This document shows, in pieces, positions 40,234 to 51,400 of a stretch of DNA of 64,000 bases (positions are counted from its first letter, which is position 1; each line of letters starts with the position of its first letter). Location: positions 7,300 to 71,299 of the forward strand of contig JBAYIZ010000002.1 in NCBI GenBank assembly GCA_041665405.1, read 5' to 3'. The translations under genes were made by a program, and so were the position numbers. The notes under the pieces were generated by a model. That model searched no databases, was not told the DNA's origin, and worked only from the letters and a program-made list of their open reading frames with translations. This DNA comes from Candidatus Magasanikiibacteriota bacterium (GTDB lineage: Bacteria > Patescibacteriota > Patescibacteriia > Magasanikbacterales > GWA2-37-8).

Positions 40234-43200
40234 ATGAGGAAAAATAGCATTTGGTTAAAAATGATCATTGGTTTAGTGGTGTTTCAAATGGTAGTTATGC
40301 CGATTGCCCCAGTATTTGCTGAAGAAATATCTAGTAGCACTGTTGAAACTATCCAACCAGATGAATCTGCTATCGGTGAATCGATTTTACCAGTTACTAA
40401 TGTTGAACCGGTTACTAATGATAGTTCGACAACAATAGGTACTCCAGTAGAAAATTTGCCAGTAGTGCAACCAGAAGTGCCTGTTATTGTGGATGCTGCT
40501 ATTTCACCAATAATTGAAAATACTCCAGAAAATATTTTATCTACCACCACTCCGGTAGTAAATCAAAATTTAGCAAATAAAAATTACAATGTAATAATGC
40601 GTCGTCTTAATAATTTAGATAAAGAAAGTGTAAATGGCGCTCAATTTGATAGTTTTATTCAATCAGAAAAAGATAAATTGGATAAATTAGGAATAGATGG
40701 TTCCAAAAAAGCGGATTATTTAAATTTTTTAGAAAAACAATCACGTAAATTAAATAATGAACCAACTCCGTTAAAGGAAAGAATAATAAATAAAGTCAAA
40801 GATATACTTGGTATTGATGAGAAAAAATCCACAATAGAAAAAGCGGAATTTCGTATTCCACAAAAACCAGCTTCTTTTCAATTTAATAATAACCCAGTTG
40901 AATTAAAAAATTTGTCAGATAGGAACGAGAAAGACGCCATAGTAAATCTGAAGGATATGTTTGGGCAGGTATTTAAAATGGATCAGGTTTCGGCCGATAG
41001 TCAATATTTACCTACTGTAGATGATATCAAAGCAGACGGCGTAGAAGTGCAGATAAATAACGAGATACAGGATTTGGCTGTTAGTTTAAATAATAATCCG
41101 GTAAATATTTTGAATTTTGTCCGTACGAATATTTCTTATGAACCATATTTTGGTGCCAAGAAGGGTAGTGTAGGATGTTTGCATGAAGGGGTTTGTAATG
41201 ATGTTGATGCTAGTTCTCTGACCATTTCATTGTTGCGCGCTGCTGGTATTCCAGCTAGATACAAAAGTAGTGTTGTGCAAATGAGTGCTGATCAGTTGAA
41301 AAATTTGTTAGGAGTGGATGAATTGAAAACTGTGTATATTGCTTTGGCACAAAATAAAGTACCAGTATATGTAATTTCTTCGTCCACTATACCATCTGGC
41401 AAAGCGATTGATTATGATTTTTCTGGTGAAACTTCTTTGGGTTTAGAGTGGATGTTTGTGGAAGCTTTTTATGATTATGATGAGCGGGGAGCAAATTTTA
41501 GTAATTTATTATCGTTTAATAATGCATCCACCACAGCCGATGTTCAAAATATTTTACAAACATATAATAATAAACAGTGGATTCCAATGGATGCGGTAGT
41601 CAAAAATTATAATCGTACCAAGAATGAAATTGTGCATGATACTGCCAATTTTAACATGCAGAATTTTTGGAATAATTTTCTTCAATATCAAGGCGCTTTA
41701 TCTCCAGTCCAAAAATATGTTCAAGATTTAAAGACAGCAACTGGCAAAGATATTAATAATGCTTCTTTTCAATCTAGTTTAGTTGGAGCTGATAAAACTT
41801 TTCCAATTTTACCTCCGACATTGCCATATTATACTCACACTGGTGAAGTCGGTGGCGTTTTGATTCAGCCAACTGCGTATTCACTGTTACCAGATAGTCA
41901 TCGTCCACAAGTAAAAATTTCTTTATTGAAAGAATCCGACAATAGTGTAGTTTTGGAAAATACTTTTTATGCTAGTCAGGTAAATAATGTGGATATAAAT
42001 TTGTTTTATGAAGGTGCTACTGATGCGGATAAACAAATAATAGAAAGTTATGGCGGTATTCATGCCACTCCGGCATCATTGGTAGATATTACGCCATATT
42101 TTGTTGGTGATAAATTCAAATATTCAACAAATAATAAAATTAAAATTGGAGATCAATTAATTTTGGCTTTTGAATATAAATCTAATGGGGAAATAATTAA
42201 TGAAGATGAAAAATTTTCGATTGCTGGAAATAGTGAAGGTATAGTAATATCCTTGTCTAAAATATTATCAGATCCAGATTTAACTAATAATTCAGAAATA
42301 TTATTGCAAGGTAATACTGGTTTGGCGAGAAAGTATTTGGAACATTTGCAAACCACTGGTGAATTGTTACAAAAATCTTTGGATTATAGATTCAACACAG
42401 TTTTTTCACGTGCTGTAATTACACAGAATCGTATTTTATCCGAAGTAGACGGTGTACCTACAACTTTTGATTTCAAGGGTTTGTCTATTGATTCCGGAAC
42501 CTATATCAACGATTGGTCCAATCGCGGATTGGTAACAAACCACCGCAAGGATTTCCGTTTGATTTGGGGACAAGATGCTTCGTATTATGAAGGTCAACTT
42601 TTTGATGATATTACCGGTTTAACGGGAATTTCTACAGTAAAAGGTTTGCAATTTGCGTATGCTCATCCAGAAACTTATACCGTGCATACTATAACTTCAA
42701 ACAATGAAAATGAAATTGATGGTTTGAATCTTTCTGATAATACCAAAATTAATATGCATTTGGCTGTACAAGAGGGGAACACTGTTATCACCCCAGATAA
42801 AGCCATAGTTGATGGTGCCTGGAATGGATTATTGTATATTATTTTACTTCCAGAGGGATGTGGTACTTATGCGATTGGAGAACAGACACAACAGAATGGA
42901 GGTATGACAGTAGATGAAGCTCAATATTTAGCATATAATGATACGATTTCGGAGTTGCTTAAGTATACCTATTATTTTGATCAGGATTCTCAATATTATG
43001 CTTTTGAAGATGGTAGGTCGGTAGATAGTATTCAATGTGTAATTCAAAAGCCTCAATATGAAGATATCAAAAATAATTCTGGTTGGAATTCTTCATATGG
43101 ATTTCCGTGCGTAAAAAATATCGTAAATTTCGGTTCAGTTCAGCATGTGTATATTTTAGCTTCTAATGGAGCCAAGTTTTTTAGCTCTGATAAATACAAT

Positions 43201-44742
43201 AAATGGTATTCTAAAACAGAAGTAGAAAACAAAGTTAATGTGTATATAAATAATATTGGTTCAGTAACAGATAAATATGTTTTAAAATTTTCTAGTACAC
43301 TTGGTATTTATCGTCAGTCAATTTGTACTGGTAGTGGATGGAATAATTGTAATAATGGTAAATACGAAACTGTGTATTTTGTTCCAGATAACAATAGTGG
43401 GCAGGTTTATAGACTTAAGACAGAATTTCTAGATAAAGCTGCCAATAATAGCAATGAAATTATAAAAATTGTAGGTTTTCCAACCAACGATCAAGCGTCT
43501 GCCGCCACCAGTAAATATGGCACTAGTGGTAATTATCAGAACTTCGTTAATGGACAAATGTATTCTTATAAACGATGGGGTTGGACTTGGGTATATTATA
43601 CCCAAGGTAAAATAACGGAAGCTCATAATGCTAACGGAGGCACAAATGGTAATCTTGGTTTTCCTGAAAATGATCCTAAAAATCGTAATGGTGTGATTTA
43701 TCAAGAATTTGAAGGTGATCAAGAAATTGGTTGGAATTTGTCTACTGGATCTACGGCTATTGAAACTTTTAAGAAATATCGTTGCGAATTGTATAAAGAT
43801 ATAAAAAATTCAACAATTCTAAAATTAATAATGGCGCAAGGAGTCTTCGATACTGTAGTTCAGACAGTTGATGATGTTTTTTCTCTTATAATGCCAGTTA
43901 TAAAAGGAGTGATAAACATTGGAGATACTGCCGATAGTGCCTATGAGTTAGCACAAGACGCAGCTAAGATTAATGTAAATGATATAACTAACTTTCTTAA
44001 ATCTACTGGTAGTGCAGCGTACAATTATTTGATAGATGAATATAATACATCTATTGGTCCAAATGGGTGTTCGGCTAGAGCTAATTATGTGAGTGGGAGA
44101 ATTGTGGGTGAAATATTATTGATTTATGTACCAGTAAACAAGTTGAAAGCAGTCAGTAAAGTAAAATTAACTAGTAAGTTGAGCGAAGATGTTAAAATTA
44201 TTTCCAAGTTGGGTGATGTCACAGAAAATACAGTAGAAACTCTTAACGGGTTGGCTAAGGTAGGTAAATTTAAAGGAAAACCAATATTTGGTATATTTAA
44301 AAAATATATTGATAGCGGAGAATATATCTGGTACAAAACACCTCTTGATGATTTATCTGGTTTTGGTCTTAAACAGGCATTAGAGAGTGGCTACTTAAAA
44401 GGAGATCTAAAGAATGGTTTTTATAGTTTACAGAAAGCGATCAATGACGATTATCTTATAGGTCTAACTCAAAAAGGAGATGAAATAATCTATGTACTTC
44501 AGCAAGATGGAAAAATGATTATTTCACCTCGTGGCGCCTATAAGCTCCCTCATCCAATTCTAAGCGAAGGAGAAAGTGTTCGGTCTGCTGGTACTATAAA
44601 ATTCACTTCAAAGGATGTGGTGGAAATAGATAATAGTTCAGGTCATTTTTGGGCTAGTTCTGAAAGTCTTGATGATGTAAAGGCAACAATTCAAAATTCT
44701 TTTTCAAATGTAAAAGTTAATGTAATTAAAAAATATGAATAA
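40234..44742 (+). CDS. Large secreted transglutaminase-like protein with LGFP-like repeats and putative C-terminal toxin domain
   Basis: Signal peptide; LLRAAGIPARY; GFPTND and LGFPEND; C-terminal HPIL..G..V.SAG...IDNSSGHF. Confidence 0.7.
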   Translation: MRKNSIWLKMIIGLVVFQMVVMPIAPVFAEEISSSTVETIQPDESAIGESILPVTNVEPVTNDSSTTIGTPVENLPVVQPEVPVIVDAAISPIIENTPENILSTTTPVVNQNLANKNYNVIMRRLNNLDKESVNGAQFDSFIQSEKDKLDKLGIDGSKKADYLNFLEKQSRKLNNEPTPLKERIINKVKDILGIDEKKSTIEKAEFRIPQKPASFQFNNNPVELKNLSDRNEKDAIVNLKDMFGQVFKMDQVSADSQYLPTVDDIKADGVEVQINNEIQDLAVSLNNNPVNILNFVRTNISYEPYFGAKKGSVGCLHEGVCNDVDASSLTISLLRAAGIPARYKSSVVQMSADQLKNLLGVDELKTVYIALAQNKVPVYVISSSTIPSGKAIDYDFSGETSLGLEWMFVEAFYDYDERGANFSNLLSFNNASTTADVQNILQTYNNKQWIPMDAVVKNYNRTKNEIVHDTANFNMQNFWNNFLQYQGALSPVQKYVQDLKTATGKDINNASFQSSLVGADKTFPILPPTLPYYTHTGEVGGVLIQPTAYSLLPDSHRPQVKISLLKESDNSVVLENTFYASQVNNVDINLFYEGATDADKQIIESYGGIHATPASLVDITPYFVGDKFKYSTNNKIKIGDQLILAFEYKSNGEIINEDEKFSIAGNSEGIVISLSKILSDPDLTNNSEILLQGNTGLARKYLEHLQTTGELLQKSLDYRFNTVFSRAVITQNRILSEVDGVPTTFDFKGLSIDSGTYINDWSNRGLVTNHRKDFRLIWGQDASYYEGQLFDDITGLTGISTVKGLQFAYAHPETYTVHTITSNNENEIDGLNLSDNTKINMHLAVQEGNTVITPDKAIVDGAWNGLLYIILLPEGCGTYAIGEQTQQNGGMTVDEAQYLAYNDTISELLKYTYYFDQDSQYYAFEDGRSVDSIQCVIQKPQYEDIKNNSGWNSSYGFPCVKNIVNFGSVQHVYILASNGAKFFSSDKYNKWYSKTEVENKVNVYINNIGSVTDKYVLKFSSTLGIYRQSICTGSGWNNCNNGKYETVYFVPDNNSGQVYRLKTEFLDKAANNSNEIIKIVGFPTNDQASAATSKYGTSGNYQNFVNGQMYSYKRWGWTWVYYTQGKITEAHNANGGTNGNLGFPENDPKNRNGVIYQEFEGDQEIGWNLSTGSTAIETFKKYRCELYKDIKNSTILKLIMAQGVFDTVVQTVDDVFSLIMPVIKGVINIGDTADSAYELAQDAAKINVNDITNFLKSTGSAAYNYLIDEYNTSIGPNGCSARANYVSGRIVGEILLIYVPVNKLKAVSKVKLTSKLSEDVKIISKLGDVTENTVETLNGLAKVGKFKGKPIFGIFKKYIDSGEYIWYKTPLDDLSGFGLKQALESGYLKGDLKNGFYSLQKAINDDYLIGLTQKGDEIIYVLQQDGKMIISPRGAYKLPHPILSEGESVRSAGTIKFTSKDVVEIDNSSGHFWASSESLDDVKATIQNSFSNVKVNVIKKYE

Positions 44743-45424
44743 AGAAGATGTTGTTAGTGAAGGATTGAAAATTCTGTCAGGATGGAAAACTACCAATCCT
44801 AGTTTAATTGATAATTTAATAAATCGATTTAATAAGCAAATAGAATATTTTACACAAAATAACAAGAGGTGGAATATTACTATTGAGCCATATATTGTTT
44901 ATGTTGATAATTATCAATTGTTGTTAGAGACTTTGATTTCTCAGATTGGTAGAGAAGGAATTGAAAAACTTATAATATATTTATTGGAAAATGATAGTCG
45001 TTTGCACAGTAAAATGATAAAACCTGTATATCCACCTTATTTAGTTCAGTTTGCTTATTTATTATTATATATTTTACCAAAAGGATTCAGAACACGTCGA
45101 TTGTTTGAATCATTTTGGGATCATCAAGCAAAAATATTTCCAGGGATTGATGAGCAGTTCGCTAGGAATTTTTTCAACCCATTCATCGAAGAGGATATAA
45201 CAAACGTAAAAGAAATACAAAAATTATTGATTAGAGATTGGTGGCGTTGGCAAGAGGCTTCGATGGATTCCTTATATTATGGAGTTTCAATTGGTTTAAG
45301 TGCAGTTTATTTTGTAGATTTTGAACAGGAAGATAGTAAGAAAATAAATTGGGAATTGAAAGAAAAAGAACTTGAGATAGATTGGAAAGAAAAAACAGGA
45401 AAAGAACCAAAAAAATGGTTTTAA
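44735..45424 (+). CDS. Hypothetical protein, candidate cognate immunity protein
   Basis: Overlaps the upstream stop by 8 nt; no signal peptide; aromatic-rich; no family recognised. Confidence 0.5.
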   Translation: MNKEDVVSEGLKILSGWKTTNPSLIDNLINRFNKQIEYFTQNNKRWNITIEPYIVYVDNYQLLLETLISQIGREGIEKLIIYLLENDSRLHSKMIKPVYPPYLVQFAYLLLYILPKGFRTRRLFESFWDHQAKIFPGIDEQFARNFFNPFIEEDITNVKEIQKLLIRDWWRWQEASMDSLYYGVSIGLSAVYFVDFEQEDSKKINWELKEKELEIDWKEKTGKEPKKWF

Positions 45425-45465
45425 ACGGAGTGTTTACCTAAAAAATAAATATTTAATAAAAAAAT

Positions 45466-48400
45466 ATGTTATTCAAGCGCATGCTAGTCTATTTGACCAT
45501 CGTTAGTATGATAGGCGGAAATTTTATCCCGTTTGTTGGGGTATCGGCAGCGAATAATTCCAAGGTACCCAAGAAAAAGGATATTACTCCGGTAGCTTCG
45601 GCGGCGATTCCAGAAACAGACTGGTCGGCGGTGGATTGGAATGAAGAATTGGTATTGCCAGAAGATCAGATGGAATACCAAAGACAGGTGAAAGAATTGC
45701 AAGATAGTGGACGGGATTCTGAAATTAAAAATTTGGTTGTTAAAAAACACAAATTGAGTGATGATGATATAATGGCGCGTTCGAATGTACCAAAAGATAT
45801 TCGGGAAATGGTAGATGATTATAAAAATGTGGTTTCATCACTTGGAAAACAAGTGGATGTAAAAAGACTGGAAGCCGAAAAACTTTTATTATCAGAAAGA
45901 ATTGCGTCTGAACATCCTTTTGTTGGTGATAAAAAATTAAATTTAGATATTAATGTCGATCAGATTATAGATGTTAAAAGTGCAGCCAAATTGAAACCAA
46001 AAAAGTTAATTCCATATACACCAAATATTCCAACTGTGGTTGAGATAAAACCAAAAATAAAATCTCAAACAAAAGAAAAACAATCAAATTTTGATTTATA
46101 CAATGTTACATCTCGTGGTTTGAGAGATAAAGCAGATAAAATAGAAAAAGATATTCGTCAAAAAAATGATAAACGATCAGTTAGTGATTTGGGATCGAGT
46201 ATCCGAAAGTTTTTTGGAATTGAATCAGCTAGCGCCAGTACTCCAATAATTAATTATTATTCTGGTATAGAAAAATATTCTTCTGACAATGCTCTGTATT
46301 ATATTTCCAATCAACAAAATGCAGATGGCAGTTTTGGTGATACGAGCTTATATGAAAATACAGCTCAGGTGGTATGGGCATTGAGTGAATATGGGCGCAC
46401 CAATAATGATCAATATACAGCAGCGGTAAATTACTTAAAAAATACTGCACCAGAAAATATTCGTGAACAGGCAGTTAAGGCTCGTGTTTTGTATGGTTTA
46501 GGTTTGCCTTATCAGTCAATTTTGGATGATATTATTGCTAATAGAAATAAAGATGGAGGATATGGTTTACAAAAAGGATATGTCAGTGATGTTATCACTA
46601 CTGGCGAAGTAGTTACTACACTTTGGGCTGGTAATTATTCTATTCAAGATGCCTTACCAAAGGGTCTGTTGTTTATATCAAGTCAGATTCCAAGCGATGG
46701 CGGGATGCGTTTTACAGCCAACAGCAATCCAAGTTATTTTTTAATAAATTTTACCGCTCAGTATTTATATCCATTTAAATCATTTACCTTAGCGAATGAC
46801 AGTGGTGTTTCGATTCCGCTTCAACCAAAAATAAATAGTTTATTAAATTATTTAAGTTTACAATTTGATAGTAGCGCAGAACGATTGTTAGGTGCAGAAT
46901 CGTCTTTGGATGAATCAGCCACTATTAATACTTGGAATATTTATCAGACCGATTTGGATAAAGCAAAATTATTAACAAGTAGTTTACAAGAGAAACAATT
47001 TATTGATGGAAGTTTTGATCAAAGTAATTTGGCAACACTGTCAGCTCTTAAGGTGATAGCTAAACCAGATTTAATATTAACAAACTTGGTAAGTACTGGT
47101 AGTTTGATAAATAAGAGCCAGGCAAGTTTTAGTTTGACTATTCAAAATAGGGGATATGCTCCAGCAGTGACCACCACGATTTATTTATTTGCAGAAAGTT
47201 ATAATACTGGTATTAAAATAAATCTCAAAGATTTAGTTTCAGCCATTGAACCAAATGAAACCATAACAATTAATTTTAATATCTCTGATACCATTAGTTA
47301 TTTTGGTGATGTGGAAATTAAAATGTATGCTGAAGATGATGGTGATATAAATTATGATGATAATTGGATAGCAAAAACTTTTACTTTTGCTAGTGCTGCT
47401 AATAATTCACCAGCATTGCAAATGTTTTATATGGCTGGTAAACATGTAATAGCTGGTAATCCAAGTTTAAATGTTCGTTGGGCCAAACCAAAAGTTGATC
47501 CAAATCGTCTTAATTATGTTATAATGTGGCGTCAAAAAGGTACTACGGATTGGAGTTTTTATGGTATAAACACAACATGGAATGGCGCATTTTTGGGTGG
47601 TGGATTTGTTGATGGCACAACTTACGAAGTGACTGCTGGTGTATTGTATAATGATGAACAGACTGTAACTTATTTTTCAAATACAACTGATGTAAAAACC
47701 GGTGCTGTTGAAAATATGTACATGGGAAATTTGTCTGGCTATATTACTTTAGATAATCAGCCGCTGCCCAATGTTAGTATTTCTGGTTTTGGGGTCAACG
47801 GTAAGTCTGACTCTAATGGTAATATAAATTTATCCAGTATTCCTAACGGCTCTTCAATGTCTAAAGTGCAAACTTATCAGTACGATGAATTGTACTCGAC
47901 CCGTTTTCCAATAGCTATTAACGCGACCACTACTGGTGTTCGATTTCTCACTCATTTAAAAGATGATGTTACTACCCCAACAATCTCCAATACTGAATTA
48001 CGTTGGGCATCAAATTATAAAGTTAAAAATCAAAAAGAATATCAACTGCTTACTTGGGGTGCAGATAATGTGGCGATAAAAGAAGGTGATTTTTATTTGT
48101 GGAATCCGAATACTCAGATGTGGACGTTTTTGAGTACATCGCCGGTAAATAGTTCAGGAGGAAATTATACAGAATTAAAATGGTATATTCCTACCGATTT
48201 ACCTTTGGGCGCAGGATATAAGATCAAAGGCAATTTGCGAGATTATCGAGGTAATGAATCTGTTTTTAAAGAATGGGGTCCGTTTGAAATTATTGATGGA
48301 ACCGCTCCGCAATTTACCGTTTTGTTTCCTAATGGTGGAGAAGAGCTAGTGTTAGGGACAACCAACACCATTAAATGGACGACCACTTCCACCAACCCAG

Positions 48401-51400
48401 TAAACACTGTCAGTTTCGCGATTGAATATCCAGATGCGTATAGTACGTTATTTAGCAATAAACCCAATACAGGTTCGTTTGATTGGTTTATTCCATTTCA
48501 TCCAAATTTTATTGGTAATAAATTTAAAATTAGAGTATCGGGTGCTGATAGTGTGAACAATGAATATAGTACGGATAGTAGTGATAATTATTTTACTATT
48601 AAAGACCCATCTCCCAAACCAGCTGATCCATGGGCTATGCCACAATATTTGTTTGATGCTATTACGTCTACCGCGCAAATTATTTCTCGTGGTAATTACC
48701 AAATTGATTACGACCAAAACGGCGTCGCACATATGGTATATAAATATACCGAAGATTATTTAAGTTTAAGTCCACGTGTAATCAATGAAAAATTGATGTA
48801 TACAAAATTTGAAAATGATGCTTGGACAATGCCAATATCGATTTATGAAAAAAGATGGGAAACAGATAGTAACTTAAACGGTTATCAACCAATAGTTAAT
48901 CTTAAAATGAAATTATTTAATGGTTATCCGCAGTTACTTTGGCAGAGTAGTTATTCGGGTGGTTGTATAAATTTTAATACTCAAGAAATTTATCATTATT
49001 ATTTTGATGGTAATAACTGGATTGGACCGACAAATTTATCAAATAACAATACCGAATCTCGCGACCCTGATTTTACCATAGATAAAAATGGCAATGTGAG
49101 CGCGGTGTGGAGTGATGGTTATACTTGGAACGATACCTGTGATCCTGTTGGTGACAGAACATCATTATTTACTAGTAAATTTTTAAGTGGTGGATGGGCC
49201 AATCCAACAACTTTAAGTTTAGATCAATACACCGGTTATCTTTTGTTGGCCACTACTGCTGATAATAAATTACATCTTGTGTTTCGTTCTGGAAGTGATG
49301 AAAAGATAAAGCATACCATGAAAAATGGTTCAACTTGGTCTACTCCAGTTGCTTTGGCCAATGGTTTTATTGATAATCCAAGCTTGCAATCGTTTGGCAA
49401 CAAGTTACACTATGTTTATCGTGAGAGGTATACAGATCCCACAACTAATATAAATAGAACAAGAGCGATGTACACGGGTTATGATAGTTCGGTTTGGAAT
49501 ACTCCAGAAGAAGTATCTTTAATAGCAGATAAATTAAGCGCGGAAATTCCACGCGTGACTGTGTCTAGCAACGGCCAACCGCAGATTATTTTTCAGAGTT
49601 ATAATAGTGTTTCCAATAAAGCACAATTAGTATGGACTACAAAATTACCAAATAATAAATGGTTAACACCTCAAAATATTGCTTTTGATAGTCAAAGTTA
49701 TTTTGATGGTAGCGGCGTAGTTTATGGTGGGTTAAATAATAATTTGCTAGCCGTATGGACTGGAACTTATTCTTATAAACCACAAATTATTTTTAATACC
49801 GCTGATTTAAATATTGACTATATCTGGCCAGAGGTGGTAGTTGGCATTAGCGCAACTTCTACAAAGCAAATAGTAAAAGTTCAATGGTCTAAATATGATA
49901 ATATTGATGATGATTTTGATCATTTTAATATTTATCGTTCCGTTACCACTAGTTTAAACGGATTAAACCCAATTGGGACAGTCAGTAATATTTCATCGAC
50001 TGAATATACTGACGGCGGACTTAAATCTAGTAGTATTTATTATTATTCTGTAACTATAGTTGATAAAAGTGGCCATGAAAGTACGGCAACTACTTGGTCA
50101 AATGGGGTAGATGTTGTGCAGGATACTAGTTCGATAGTAGACTTATTATTCGAAGAAAGTGGTAATGGCGCAGGAATTGATTATTCTGGCAATGGCAACA
50201 ATGCTACTTGTAGTGTTGGGTTGTGTCCTGTTGTTGGTATTAAGGGTGTAGAGGGTAACACTATAAATTTTAACGGCAAAGATCAATCAATGAGTGTAGC
50301 CAATAATTCTTCACTTAATCTTGTTAATGCAGTGTCAGTAGAAGCTTGGATCAAACCAAAAAATAATAATAGTGATGCTAGTCCTTATGAAGTAGTAGCA
50401 ACAAAAAATTTGAATTATGAATTATCTATTTCAAAATATGGAGCGGTAAGGTATGGGATTATTAATGAGAATAATATTAGACAAGTCAAAGATTCTCCAA
50501 ATGTTTTGGCTTTTGATTCTTGGAATTATGTAGTGATGACTTATGATGGTGCTTTCGTTCGAGCATATGTTAATGGTGAATTGGTTAGTAGCTTGGCGCA
50601 AACTGGTAAAATTCGCAATGATAATACTGCATTAACTATCGGTCAATGGGATAACTTTTACCATTTTAATGGTGACATGGATCAAGTGACTGTATACAAC
50701 AAAACTTTGAGTTTGCAAGAAATAGAAACTTATTATGCTAAATTTACCAAACAAGAATTTGGATTGTTGACTTACTATAAATTGGACGATAGCGTGGGCT
50801 CAAATAATTTTGTTGATAGTTCTGGAAATTTAATCAACAGTGTGTCTTGTACAGGAAATGGTTGCCCAATTAGTGGTGTACTAGGTCGCAAAGATACAGC
50901 TGTTTTATTTGATGGTAAAGATGATTATTTAAAATTGAATGATAATAATTTTATTAACCCCTCTAAACAAATAACTATAGAGGCTTGGATAAAACCATCT
51001 TTCAAAATAACTGATCCGATTTATCAAGTAGTAGCTACAAAAAATTTGAATTATGAGTTATCGGTGTCCAAATATGGTGCCTTGCGATGTGGAATTATAA
51101 ATTCTGCAGGACAAAGATTAGTAAAAGATATTCCTAATGTCGTTGTCAATAATAGATGGAATCATATTGCTATGATTTATGATGGTGCCAAAATTGATTA
51201 TTATGTTAATGGTGAGAAAGTCGGCACTCTACCACAGGTTGGTCTTATAAGAAGTGACACGACCCCTCTTTTAATTGGTCAGTTTGATAATTATTATTGG
51301 TTTGATGGCGTAATTGATGAATTGAAGATTTATGATAATGCTTTGTCTGCTGCAGATATTAAGAGTCATTATGACGAATTTCCTTTAGCGGTTGGTGTAG

